DNA from: Gemmatimonadaceae bacterium
Lineage (GTDB): Bacteria > Gemmatimonadota > Gemmatimonadetes > Gemmatimonadales > Gemmatimonadaceae
NCBI GenBank assembly: GCA_045803545.1
Contig: JBJMOW010000003.1
Span: 1-16,278, forward strand
Direction of reading: 5' to 3'
DNA length: 16,278 nt
In this document: positions 6,497-16,278 of the stretch, in pieces
Layout: each line of letters opens with the position of its first letter
Numbering within the stretch: the first letter of the stretch is position 1
Notes under the pieces: generated by a model
What the model was told of the DNA's origin: nothing
Databases searched by the model: none
What the model saw: only the letters and a program-made list of their open reading frames with translations
Program-made: the position numbers and the translations under genes

Positions 6497-7144
6497 GTGA
6501 AGTTCCATTCTCTCGTTGGTGCAGTTTTAGGCGTCGCGGTTTGCGCGACGGTGTCGTCGGCGCAAGTTTGTCAGGGTGACCTCTCCTTCCGCGGCAGCTC
6601 GAAACATATCGGCGGCGCGCTGGGGATGTCGGACAACGCGACGTCGTTCGGCGGTGGACTCAGCGTCGGGCACTCGCAGGGTTGGTACGGCGGCGGATCA
6701 CTCGGTGTGGTGAGCTATGACCCGACCGGCAGTGCCATCGCCGTTGGTGGCGGACTTGGTTACGCGATGCCGATGCAGAAGAGCAAGTGGCAGGTGTGTC
6801 CCGGCGGAACGCTGACGCTCGGCTTCGGGCCAAATTTTGGACCCGTGCACGGTTCATCGCAGACTATCACGATGGGAGCGTCGTTCGGTACGGCGATGCC
6901 GCTGACGAAGAGCACGAACCTGCTTCCCTTCGGCTCGGTAGCGTTCGGACACACCCGTTTTGCGCAGAGCGGCAACGGCAATTCGTCCTCACTCGGCGAC
7001 AGCTACATCCTCTTTGGCGCAGGCGCGGGTTTCCAGTTGACGCCTTCGCTCGTACTGCGTCCTGCGCTCTCCCTCGCGGCAGCCGCGGACTATATCGACG
7101 ACACGTCTTTCAGCTTCGGAATAACCTTCGCGCTGCCGCACTAA
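6497..7144 (+). CDS. Predicted outer-membrane beta-barrel protein
   Basis: GGAGG RBS before GTG 6497; Sec signal ending VSSA|Q; Gly/aromatic alternating strands; C-terminal SFSFGITF beta-signal-like strand. Confidence 0.82.
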   Translation: MKFHSLVGAVLGVAVCATVSSAQVCQGDLSFRGSSKHIGGALGMSDNATSFGGGLSVGHSQGWYGGGSLGVVSYDPTGSAIAVGGGLGYAMPMQKSKWQVCPGGTLTLGFGPNFGPVHGSSQTITMGASFGTAMPLTKSTNLLPFGSVAFGHTRFAQSGNGNSSSLGDSYILFGAGAGFQLTPSLVLRPALSLAAAADYIDDTSFSFGITFALPH

Positions 7145-7175
7145 TGGGTGGCTGACGAATGCAGTTTGCTTTTCG

Positions 7176-7203
7176 AGAAGGGCGCGGAATTCCGCGCCCT
7201 TCT
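7176..7203. terminator. Probable bidirectional terminator hairpin
   Basis: Perfect 28-bp palindrome AGAAGGGCGCGGAATTCCGCGCCCTTCT between the convergent stops at 7144 and 7214. Confidence 0.8.
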
Positions 7204-7213
7204 TGCATCGTGA

Positions 7214-7412
7214 CTAGATACCGAGCCAGGCCTCTGCTTCCTTCAGGTTGCGGAAGACCCGAAACTTGTCCGAGAGTCTCGGCGTGAAGTTGATATTTCC
7301 GTAGGAGTCCGAACACCGCATCGCCCGACGCGACGAAGGCCATGCAGTTCCGACTCGGAGGCGAAGCCTCGAGTAGGGCGACGGCGACGTGATGCTTGAC
7401 AACGTCAACCAT
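7214..7412 (-). pseudogene. Frameshifted, 5'-truncated remnant of a SpoIIAA/STAS-SEC14-like protein
   Basis: One frame gives MAFVASGDAVFGLLRKYQLHAETLGQV and the adjacent frame gives RVFRNLKEAEAWLGI*. Removing one base from the AAA at 7262-7264 joins them into the typical C-terminus of this family. Confidence 0.6.
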
Positions 7413-7424
7413 CTACTTGATAAT
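7391..7424 (+). promoter_or_regulatory. Sigma70 promoter and palindromic operator for the MarR-GNAT gene
   Basis: TTGACA (7396-7401), 17 nt, GATAAT (7419-7424). The inverted repeat GATG-c-TTGAC-AAC-GTCAA-c-CATC (7391-7413) overlaps the -35. Confidence 0.72.
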
Positions 7425-7467
7425 AGCAAAAGTCGAGCGTGTGGGGAGACGATGAGGTGCGAAGCTT

Positions 7468-8406
7468 GTGAGTAAGGCGCGCAGTCGTATGACCATAGAC
7501 CAGATCGCGGTCATCCGGGAATTCAATCGCTCGTACACGAAGCACCTGGGCGTGCTCAACCGCGAATTCCTCCAGACCCCGTTTTCTCTGGCCGAGGGAA
7601 GGGTTCTATACGAGCTGTATCATCACGGGCCAATGACTGCGAGCGCCATTGGCCAGGAACTGGGCCTCGATCCAGGCTACCTGAGTCGCATCCTACGGGG
7701 ATTCAATCGCAGGCGCCTTCTTGGAAAGGAGCCCTCGTCTACGGACGGTCGCCGGACTTTTCTCCGCCTCTCGGCAGCCGGGCGCCGCGCACTGGAGGAA
7801 ATCGACGAGCGCCAACGCCGAGTGGTGTTGCAAATGCTCGAGCACATGTCCAGCGCCGAGCGTAGTCAGCTTATCGGCGCAATGCACAAGATCGAGCGCG
7901 TCCTGGGTCTCTCCCCTGCCCGGGCGACGCCTTACCTGCTGCGTCCACACCAGCCGGGAGACATCGGGTGGATCATCCACCGGCAGGGCATCATTTACAA
8001 CGTAGAGTACGGATGGGATGAGACTTTCGACGCGCTCGCAGCCGATGTCCTCTCGAAATTCATTGTCAACTTCAATCCGAAGCGTGAGCGTTCGTGGATC
8101 GCCGAGCGCGATGGCGAGATTGTCGGCTCGGTCTTTTGTGCGGAGAAAACGAAAAGCGTGGCGGCCTTGCGACTGCTATACGTCGAGGCCTCAGCGCGCG
8201 GACTCGGTATCGGGACGCGTCTCGTCGACGAATGCATCAGTTTCGCTGGTCGTGTCGGCTACAAGAAGCTCTCGCTCTGGACGAACAGCGTGCTGCACTC
8301 CGCGCGCCGCATTTACGAGCAGGCGGGATTCGAGCTCGTCGATTCAAAGCCCCATCACAGCTTCGGCAAAGACCTGGTTGGACAGACCTGGGAGCTAAAG
8401 CTGTGA
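7468..8406 (+). CDS. Bifunctional MarR-family HTH regulator / GNAT acetyltransferase
   Basis: IREFNRSYT...FSLAEGRVLYEL...LGLDPGYLSRIL...DGRRTFLRL (MarR); LRPHQPGDIGWIIHRQG...LRLLYVEASARGLGIGTRLV...LWTNSVLHSARRIYEQAGF (GNAT). Start is GTG 7468 (GAGG RBS) or ATG 7489. Confidence 0.95.
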   Translation: MSKARSRMTIDQIAVIREFNRSYTKHLGVLNREFLQTPFSLAEGRVLYELYHHGPMTASAIGQELGLDPGYLSRILRGFNRRRLLGKEPSSTDGRRTFLRLSAAGRRALEEIDERQRRVVLQMLEHMSSAERSQLIGAMHKIERVLGLSPARATPYLLRPHQPGDIGWIIHRQGIIYNVEYGWDETFDALAADVLSKFIVNFNPKRERSWIAERDGEIVGSVFCAEKTKSVAALRLLYVEASARGLGIGTRLVDECISFAGRVGYKKLSLWTNSVLHSARRIYEQAGFELVDSKPHHSFGKDLVGQTWELKL

Positions 8407-8441
8407 GCGCGACGAATGTTGCGTCTCGCGCACCAACGTGC

Positions 8442-10814
<2,373 letters not shown>

Positions 10815-10822
10815 GCGTCGCT

Positions 10823-10919
10823 CGAGAGGGTTTTGCGAAATATCGGCGAACGGAGAGGAGGGGATTTGACAAAAAGCCTCGAGCGAAGCGAGAGGCGTTT
10901 GCAAAATACCGGCGGACCG
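10823..10919. repeat. Imperfect 31-bp direct repeat, two copies 66 bp apart
   Basis: 10823-10853 CGAGAGGGTTTTGCGAAATATCGGCGAACGG versus 10889-10919 CGAGAGGCGTTTGCAAAATACCGGCGGACCG; 25/31 identical. Confidence 0.7.
10871..10896 (-). terminator. Possible intrinsic terminator of the tRNA transcript
   Basis: Minus strand GCCTC...GAGGC followed by TTTTT. A second, stronger hairpin with no U-tract lies at 10920-10949. Confidence 0.45.
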
Positions 10920-10949
10920 TTTGCCCCCGCGCTCTGCGCGGGAGGCAAA

Positions 10950-11023
10950 TCGGGACGGCGGGATTTGAACCCGCGACCCCCTGAACCCCATTCAGGTGCG
11001 CTACCGAGCTGCGCCACGTCCCG
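10950..11023 (-). tRNA. tRNA-Pro (anticodon GGG), CCA not encoded
   Basis: CGGGACGTGGCGCAGCTCGGTAGCGCACCTGAATGGGGTTCAGGGGGTCGCGGGTTCAAATCCCGCCGTCCCGA: acceptor stem CGGGACG/CGTCCCG, anticodon stem CCTGA/TCAGG with loop AT-GGG-GT, T-loop TTCAAAT. Confidence 0.97.
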
Positions 11024-11061
11024 TTTTCCGTCCCCAATTCTTCGGGGAACAAGAGAGTGGG

Positions 11062-11090
11062 AGTATAGTGGCTCGCCTCGGCCTCTACAA
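11062..11090 (-). promoter_or_regulatory. Sigma70 promoter of tRNA-Pro
   Basis: Minus strand TTGTAG (11090-11085), 17 nt, TATACT (11067-11062), about 40 nt upstream of the tRNA. Confidence 0.65.
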
Positions 11091-11295
11091 CCCGAATGAA
11101 TTCATCGGGACTTCGAACCTGATGCCTGCTACCGCTCGCCGAAGGCCGTCCCTGCGGACGCGTTTTTGCATGCAGAGGGGACAAATTGCAAGTTCTCGGT
11201 GCGGGCCGGTCTCCAGAAGGTTCGGCTTGCCGAGAACTATTGCCGATTACCAGAGTTCTACCGAGTCGTCGATTTGTGTATTCATCAGAGCGTAG

Positions 11296-12522
11296 ATGAA
11301 CGATAAAGCAAAGAAGCACCCGAATTCCGGGCGCGCCTCCGGCAACCGTGATCCGGAGTCAACAACGCCAATCACTCCGATAGGCAACTCCGGTCTATCG
11401 GAGGCGATCAAGCATGGCAGCCGCATCTACCAGCTCATGGTCGAGAGCGTGCGCGATTACGCCATCTTCATGCTGGATCCGCGTGGCTACATCGCGAGCT
11501 GGAACGTCGGCGCCCAGCGTATCAAGGGATACACGGCCGACGAAATCATCGGCAGACATTTTTCAGTGTTCTATCCGCAGTCGGAGATCGACGCCGGCAA
11601 GCCCGCTCTCGAGCTCGAGATTGCAGCCCGCGAGGGACGATTCGAGGAAGAAGGGATTCGTCTTCGGAAAGATGGAACTGCATTCTGGGCGAGCGTCGTT
11701 CTTACGGCGGTGCGGGACGACGACGGAGCGCTCGTCGGGTACGCCAAGGTCACACGCGACCTGACGGAGCGCCGCGCTGCCCAGCAGCGGGCGATCGCTG
11801 ACGCACGGCGCCTCGCCGAAGCAGAGGCCGCCAGTTCAGCAAAGAGCGAATTTCTGACGGCGATGTCCCACGAGCTGCGCACTCCACTGAACGCGATTGG
11901 CGGCTATGCAGACCTGCTCACCCTTGGGCTCGGCGGTCCCATGACCGCCGAACAGGCACAATATCTCGACCGGATCCGGCGCAGTCAGCAACATCTAATG
12001 GGGATTATCACCGACATTCTGAACTTCAGCCGGATCGAGGCCGGTCAGATCAGCTATACCATCGCACCGGTGGTGTTGTCCAACGTCGTCGACACAGTGT
12101 TGCCGATGGTCATCCCGCAAGCGACTTCCAAAGGAATTCAGCTCGAGCGCGGGATGAGCACGGCGCAGGCGATCGCACTCGCCGACCAGTCGAAGGTCGC
12201 GCAGATACTACTGAATCTGCTGTCCAACGCGGTGAAATTCACGAAGGGCGGTGGTCGAATAACGGTGGATGTCGAGTCCACGCCAACCCACGCGTGCGTT
12301 ACGGTAAAAGACACTGGCTCTGGTATCCCGCCGGACAAATTGCAAACGATCTTCGAGCCGTTCGTCCAGCTCGGACGATCTTTCAGCAGCGCTCATGAAG
12401 GCACGGGACTCGGACTCTCCATCAGCCGAGATCTGGCTCAGGCGATGAAAGGAAACCTCACAGTATCCAGCGTGGAGGGCGTCGGTTCCACCTTCATCCT
12501 CAGCCTGCCCGTGAGCACGTGA
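11296..12522 (+). CDS. Soluble PAS-domain sensor histidine kinase
   Basis: PAS/PAC (VESVRDYAIFMLDPRGYIASWN...RKDGTAFWA...VTRDLTER), H-box SHELRTPLNAI, N-box NLLSNAVKFT, G1 DTGSGI, F-box IFEPF, G2 GTGLGLSI. No TM segment and no receiver domain. Confidence 0.95.
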   Translation: MNDKAKKHPNSGRASGNRDPESTTPITPIGNSGLSEAIKHGSRIYQLMVESVRDYAIFMLDPRGYIASWNVGAQRIKGYTADEIIGRHFSVFYPQSEIDAGKPALELEIAAREGRFEEEGIRLRKDGTAFWASVVLTAVRDDDGALVGYAKVTRDLTERRAAQQRAIADARRLAEAEAASSAKSEFLTAMSHELRTPLNAIGGYADLLTLGLGGPMTAEQAQYLDRIRRSQQHLMGIITDILNFSRIEAGQISYTIAPVVLSNVVDTVLPMVIPQATSKGIQLERGMSTAQAIALADQSKVAQILLNLLSNAVKFTKGGGRITVDVESTPTHACVTVKDTGSGIPPDKLQTIFEPFVQLGRSFSSAHEGTGLGLSISRDLAQAMKGNLTVSSVEGVGSTFILSLPVST

Positions 12523-12537
12523 GGCAAGTGCCGAGAG

Positions 12538-13374
12538 TCAAGGCGTAACGATTTTGCCAACGTAAAAGTCACCGAACTCCGCGTACTTCGCGCTCACTTC
12601 GTCGAAGCGCATGTCGGTGACCAGTTTCTTGAATTCCAGCGGGTCCTTTGCAAACAGAGTGACTCCCCATTCCCACGCGTCGAGACCAATCGCGCCGGTG
12701 ATCACCTGCTGGACTTTTCCCGCGTAGCGTCGGCCAGTCAGGCCGTGAGCCTGCATGAGTTTGCTCCGCTCGTCCAGCGAAAGCGTATACCAGTTCTGTG
12801 ACGCGTCCCGTCGCTTGGACATCGGATAAAAGCAGACGTACGGCATGTCAGATGGCAGCTCAGGGAAGAGTCGACGAGCGACGTGCGGGCTCGACCACTC
12901 CGTTGCGGAACGCTCGGCGAGCGACCGCGAATACACTTCATCTCCCACCTTCCCTCCGCGTGACTGAGTCTCGCGCGCGATTTCGGCCGTGATGTGGTAG
13001 AGTCCCGCCTCAGTGACGCTCAGAAACGTGCAAACAGGCGCCAGCACGCGTGACAAAGGCGTCGCTCTGAGCTCGTCCTGCGCGTCCCCAATAGCATCGA
13101 GTGAGTCACGGAAGTGGATCACCATGATGTCCGCGGTCGATCCAATTACTCGCGCAACGCAGCTCCAGCCGTTCGCCGATTTCGCGCCGGTCTTCTTCCT
13201 GGACTTTGATGCGGATCCGAGATTCGCTGCGCGCCTCAGAGCTGAAGCTGCGCCGTTTATCATTGGGTCGAATTTTCGCTGGCCAAGCCGCTCGCCATCG
13301 ATGCGAAAAACCTGGTGCAGCGCGTACCATCCCTCGAGCGTGGCCGGAGGGTGCGCAATTGCTGGTGTAGTCAT
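12538..13374 (-). CDS. chdC: Coproheme decarboxylase ChdC/HemQ (chlorite dismutase-like family)
   Basis: PATLEGWYALHQ, VCFYPMSKRR, NWYTL..ERSKLMQAHGLTGRRYAGKVQQVITGAIGLDAWEWGVTLF, MRFDEVSAKYAEFGDFYVG. These match the YwfI/HemQ pattern. Confidence 0.88.
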   Translation of the reverse strand: MTTPAIAHPPATLEGWYALHQVFRIDGERLGQRKFDPMINGAASALRRAANLGSASKSRKKTGAKSANGWSCVARVIGSTADIMVIHFRDSLDAIGDAQDELRATPLSRVLAPVCTFLSVTEAGLYHITAEIARETQSRGGKVGDEVYSRSLAERSATEWSSPHVARRLFPELPSDMPYVCFYPMSKRRDASQNWYTLSLDERSKLMQAHGLTGRRYAGKVQQVITGAIGLDAWEWGVTLFAKDPLEFKKLVTDMRFDEVSAKYAEFGDFYVGKIVTP

Positions 13375-13431
13375 GAAGTAAAACTATGGGAACGCTCCTG
13401 CGCAGGCACCGTTTGCGTGAGATCCATTCGA

Positions 13432-14181
13432 TCAGAACGCGGCTTTGCGTTGCACCAGCTTGGCAGCCAGATCCGATACAGCGCGCTCAGTCGCCTCGCC
13501 GATTGCGGTTGCGCGAAAATTGGTCGTGTTGACATCCGCGCCTCCGCCGCCGTTCGCTCCAATGCCGGCAACGCGAAGCCCTCCGCCTTTCGTGGAAATT
13601 CCCTCTCCGCTGACACTCGCCACGATTTCGCCGGTTACGGCGTTGATGACCCGAGCCGTTAGTGTCACTTCTGTCTTGTGCTGCTTGTAGTTGAGCAACC
13701 CCATAGTCGCAACGGTTGCGGCGACGCCTCCGAAGTTGTGCTCCTCGAATCCGAACTTCGTGACGGATCCATTGACGATGAACTGCGCGCCGTTGCCAGG
13801 CTGTGTCGGCTTGCGCTCGAGCAGACGAAAGGCGCCAGTCTCCAGAAGCTTCTCGACGAGCATGTCAGCAATTCCCACTCCGAGCTGCGAGGGATCGTAG
13901 TTTTCGTCTCCCGTGCCTCCGCGCATTCCGGCCAAAATGGCGGCCAGCCCGCGTTTGTCTCGCACCTGTGCGGTGACGGTGCCCGACTCGAATCCCATCA
14001 CCATTAGCGTCGGCTTCTCCGAGCGCAGCGGAATGTTCGTGGGCGCGCTTGCTTCAGGCGTCACCGCCGCTGCGATGGCGTTGTCGACGGTCGTACGCTG
14101 CATCTGCGCAGTCAAGTCCCGACTTCCGGCGAGGAATAGGCTGCCAGCCGTCAGCAGGACGACTCGGTTAAAGCTCTTCAT
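13432..14181 (-). CDS. CsgG/HfaB-family (curli channel-like) exported protein
   Basis: GGAGGT RBS before ATG 14181; signal peptide; KPTLMVMGFE...LGVGIADMLVEKLLETGAFRLLER...GAQFIVNGSVTKFG...VTLTARVINAVTGEIVASVSGEG...AIGEATERAVSDL. Confidence 0.8.
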   Translation of the reverse strand: MKSFNRVVLLTAGSLFLAGSRDLTAQMQRTTVDNAIAAAVTPEASAPTNIPLRSEKPTLMVMGFESGTVTAQVRDKRGLAAILAGMRGGTGDENYDPSQLGVGIADMLVEKLLETGAFRLLERKPTQPGNGAQFIVNGSVTKFGFEEHNFGGVAATVATMGLLNYKQHKTEVTLTARVINAVTGEIVASVSGEGISTKGGGLRVAGIGANGGGGADVNTTNFRATAIGEATERAVSDLAAKLVQRKAAF

Positions 14182-14247
14182 CTTACCTCCGGGTGAGTGT
14201 GACACTCGGAGATTACGCGCGACGAATGCGTCGCCAAATACGTAGGG

Positions 14248-16278
14248 TTACGTAGAAGCTGACGCAGGTCGAGAGAGCTTGTAGTTGCGGCCGCGAATCG
14301 CAACCAGAAGCGTCGGCACCATGTAAAGCGTGATTGGCGTCGACAGCGTCAATCCTCCGATCACTGCCAGCGCAAGCGGTTTCTGCAGCTCGCTTCCGGC
14401 GCCGAGGCCCAGCGCAAGCGGCAGCAGCCCGAACAGAGTGCACAAGGTGGTCATGAGAATTGGCCGCAGCCTTACACGGGCCGCCTCGACGATAGCATCG
14501 GCGAGCGGCAGATCGTCGGTCTGCATTCGATGCCGCGTAAAATCGAGCAGGATGATTCCGTTTTTGACAATGAGTCCGACGAGAAGAATCAGCCCCATGA
14601 AGGATGAGACGTTGAGCGGCGTTCCCGTGATCAGCAACAAACCCATCGCGCCCACGAACGAAAGCGGAGCGGCGAGAAGCACGATCAGCGCCTCGACGAA
14701 AGACTGAAACTGGAGCACCATCACCGCAATGACGCTCGCTGCCGCCAGCGCCAGCACCAACAGAAATCCGCGAAACGCTTCCTGCTGGCTGGCGTATTGT
14801 CCGCCGAGCTCGAGGCGAATGCCGGAGGGCGGAGGTTGTGCGGCGATTACCGCCTTCACATCTCCCATCACGGAGCCGAGCGAACGGCCGCTCACGTCTG
14901 CCGTCATCGCGATCATTTGCTGTTGGTCTTCTCGCAAGAGCTCAGCACGGGTTTCGATTGGAGTGAAGGTAGCCAGCGTTCCGAGAGGAACGGGTGCGCC
15001 GGTTTGAGTGGAGACTACCGGAATGGAGGCGAGCTGGGACGCGTTGAAGCGCACGCTGTCGGGGGCCCGCACACGCACTGCGATCGAACGATCCTCCAGC
15101 CGCACTTCGCCGGCCTGTACGCCGAGCAGTGCGCCCATCGCTCCATCGGCGACGCTCTGCGGCGTGAGGCCGACGCGATTCGCCTCCGCCGAGTTCACAC
15201 GCATGTCTAGCTCCGCGCTCGGCTCGCTGACACCGCTGAAGAGATCCTCGATGCCCGGAACGTCGGTGAGCTTTGGCTCGATGCTCTTCGCGTAGGCCTC
15301 GAGACGATTCAGGTCAGGACCGAAGAGTTTTATCTCGACGGGCCGAGCTGACCCTGCAAGATCGTTGATCACATCCGAGAGAATCTGAACGAACTCGATG
15401 TGGAGGCGCGGGAGCGCACTCTGCACCTTCACTCGAACATCGTCGATCACTTCGAATATCGAGCGCGACCGGTCGCTCTGCGGCTTGAGCCGAGCGACGA
15501 TGTCGCCCGTATTCTGCTCGGTCGCGAAAAGGCCGAGCTCGGCACCCGTGCGCCGAGAGGTGCCGACGATTTCCGGTGTCTTCGCCAGGATTGTCTCGAC
15601 GATATGGACTTCCCGATCCGTCTCGGCCAGCGCGGTTCCACCCGGCGTGAAATAGTCGAGCACGAAAGCGCCCTCGTCCATCTCCGGAAGAAATCCCGTT
15701 CCGACAAAACGCTGGACGACGACGCCGGCAATCAGCAGCCCCGCTCCGGCGATCAGCACTAGGCGGGGATGGTGCAGCAAGCGCTCGAGCGTGTCTTCGT
15801 AGCGAGTCGACAGAGCGTTGAGCGCATTGTGTATGCGGCGAAAACCGAATCTGTCTCGGGTCCGTGCGGGTCCCGCCTCATTCGCGTTCAGCTCTTCGGG
15901 ATCGGCGTCCTCCGCGCGCAGGAATTGATCGGCCATCAGAGGAATGATCGTGAGTGCCAGGAACAGCGATACGAGGACTGCAATGGTCAGGGTTATCGAG
16001 AGTGCGGCAAAGAATTGCCCGACGACGCCCGTGAGGAGTCGGAGCGGCAGGAAGACGACTACCGTCGTCAACGTAGAGGTCGTCACGGGCCATGTGAGCT
16101 CGTGCACCGCATCTTTGATCGCACGGTGTCGGTCAGCAGTTAAACGCAGGTGCCGCACGATGTTCTCTGTAATAACCACCGAGTCGTCGATCACGAGACC
16201 GATTGCTATCGCCATCGCGCCGAGCGTCATCAGGTTGAACGTCTGCCCGATCAGATACATGGCGAACACGCTGATCGC
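14248..16278 (-). CDS. RND efflux transporter permease (AcrB/CusA superfamily), 5' end outside the window
   Basis: NLMTLGAMAIAIGLVIDDSVVITEN (TM4), FLPEMDEG, GLIVKNGIILLD, RLRPILMTT, PLALAVIGG. The frame is open to the window edge. Confidence 0.96.
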   Translation of the reverse strand, partial: AISVFAMYLIGQTFNLMTLGAMAIAIGLVIDDSVVITENIVRHLRLTADRHRAIKDAVHELTWPVTTSTLTTVVVFLPLRLLTGVVGQFFAALSITLTIAVLVSLFLALTIIPLMADQFLRAEDADPEELNANEAGPARTRDRFGFRRIHNALNALSTRYEDTLERLLHHPRLVLIAGAGLLIAGVVVQRFVGTGFLPEMDEGAFVLDYFTPGGTALAETDREVHIVETILAKTPEIVGTSRRTGAELGLFATEQNTGDIVARLKPQSDRSRSIFEVIDDVRVKVQSALPRLHIEFVQILSDVINDLAGSARPVEIKLFGPDLNRLEAYAKSIEPKLTDVPGIEDLFSGVSEPSAELDMRVNSAEANRVGLTPQSVADGAMGALLGVQAGEVRLEDRSIAVRVRAPDSVRFNASQLASIPVVSTQTGAPVPLGTLATFTPIETRAELLREDQQQMIAMTADVSGRSLGSVMGDVKAVIAAQPPPSGIRLELGGQYASQQEAFRGFLLVLALAAASVIAVMVLQFQSFVEALIVLLAAPLSFVGAMGLLLITGTPLNVSSFMGLILLVGLIVKNGIILLDFTRHRMQTDDLPLADAIVEAARVRLRPILMTTLCTLFGLLPLALGLGAGSELQKPLALAVIGGLTLSTPITLYMVPTLLVAIRGRNYKLSRPASAST

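Noticed and set aside
10815..10991. N-terminal extension of the 849-aa kinase ORF
   Set aside because: It starts inside the tRNA-Pro anticodon loop and runs through hairpins; a chance open frame.
10950..11023. A32-U38 anticodon-loop pair and missing CCA in tRNA-Pro
   Set aside because: Both are ordinary: A32-U38 is typical of tRNA-Pro(GGG), and CCA is often added post-transcriptionally.
11103..11124. T-arm-like GGTTCGAAGTCC on the minus strand, as a second tRNA or att site
   Set aside because: No cloverleaf, wrong loop size and no match to the tRNA-Pro 3' end.
12538..13374. True chlorite dismutase
   Set aside because: Distal Gln instead of the catalytic Arg, and the ChdC YPMxK motif is present.
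14330..16143. Multiple plus-strand ORFs over the RND gene (likewise over the kinase and histidine kinase)
   Set aside because: Antisense or alternate-frame artefacts of high GC content, with no protein motifs.

Overview
High-GC chromosomal window that looks like Gemmatimonadota. That is inferred from the family mix: kinase-TolB-like-TPR protein, solitary short pilin, signal-peptide beta-barrel, CsgG-like protein and Cys-rich SLT proteins. No integrase, transposase, CRISPR array or phage genes were seen. Left to right: partial EamA/DMT transporter (-); bidirectional terminator; lytic transglycosylase 1 (-); XRE-HTH protein with an unrecognised C-terminal domain (-); paralogous lytic transglycosylase 2 (-) with a sigma54-type promoter; divergent TM-PH-like-LysM protein (+); 61-aa helical protein (+); hypothetical protein (-); type IV pilin (-); exported MsrB (-); NADPH-dependent FMN reductase (-); outer-membrane beta-barrel (+); frameshifted SpoIIAA-like remnant (-); MarR-GNAT fusion (+); Ser/Thr kinase-TM-TolB-like-TPR (-); tRNA-Pro(GGG) (-); PAS histidine kinase (+); coproheme decarboxylase ChdC/HemQ (-); CsgG/HfaB-like protein (-); partial RND permease (-). 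The best candidate for an undescribed system is the peptidoglycan-remodelling locus at 863-4201 (SLT-XRE-SLT facing LysM), where the two SLT paralogues appear to be under different promoters. All calls are by-eye motif recognition; no database searches were run.
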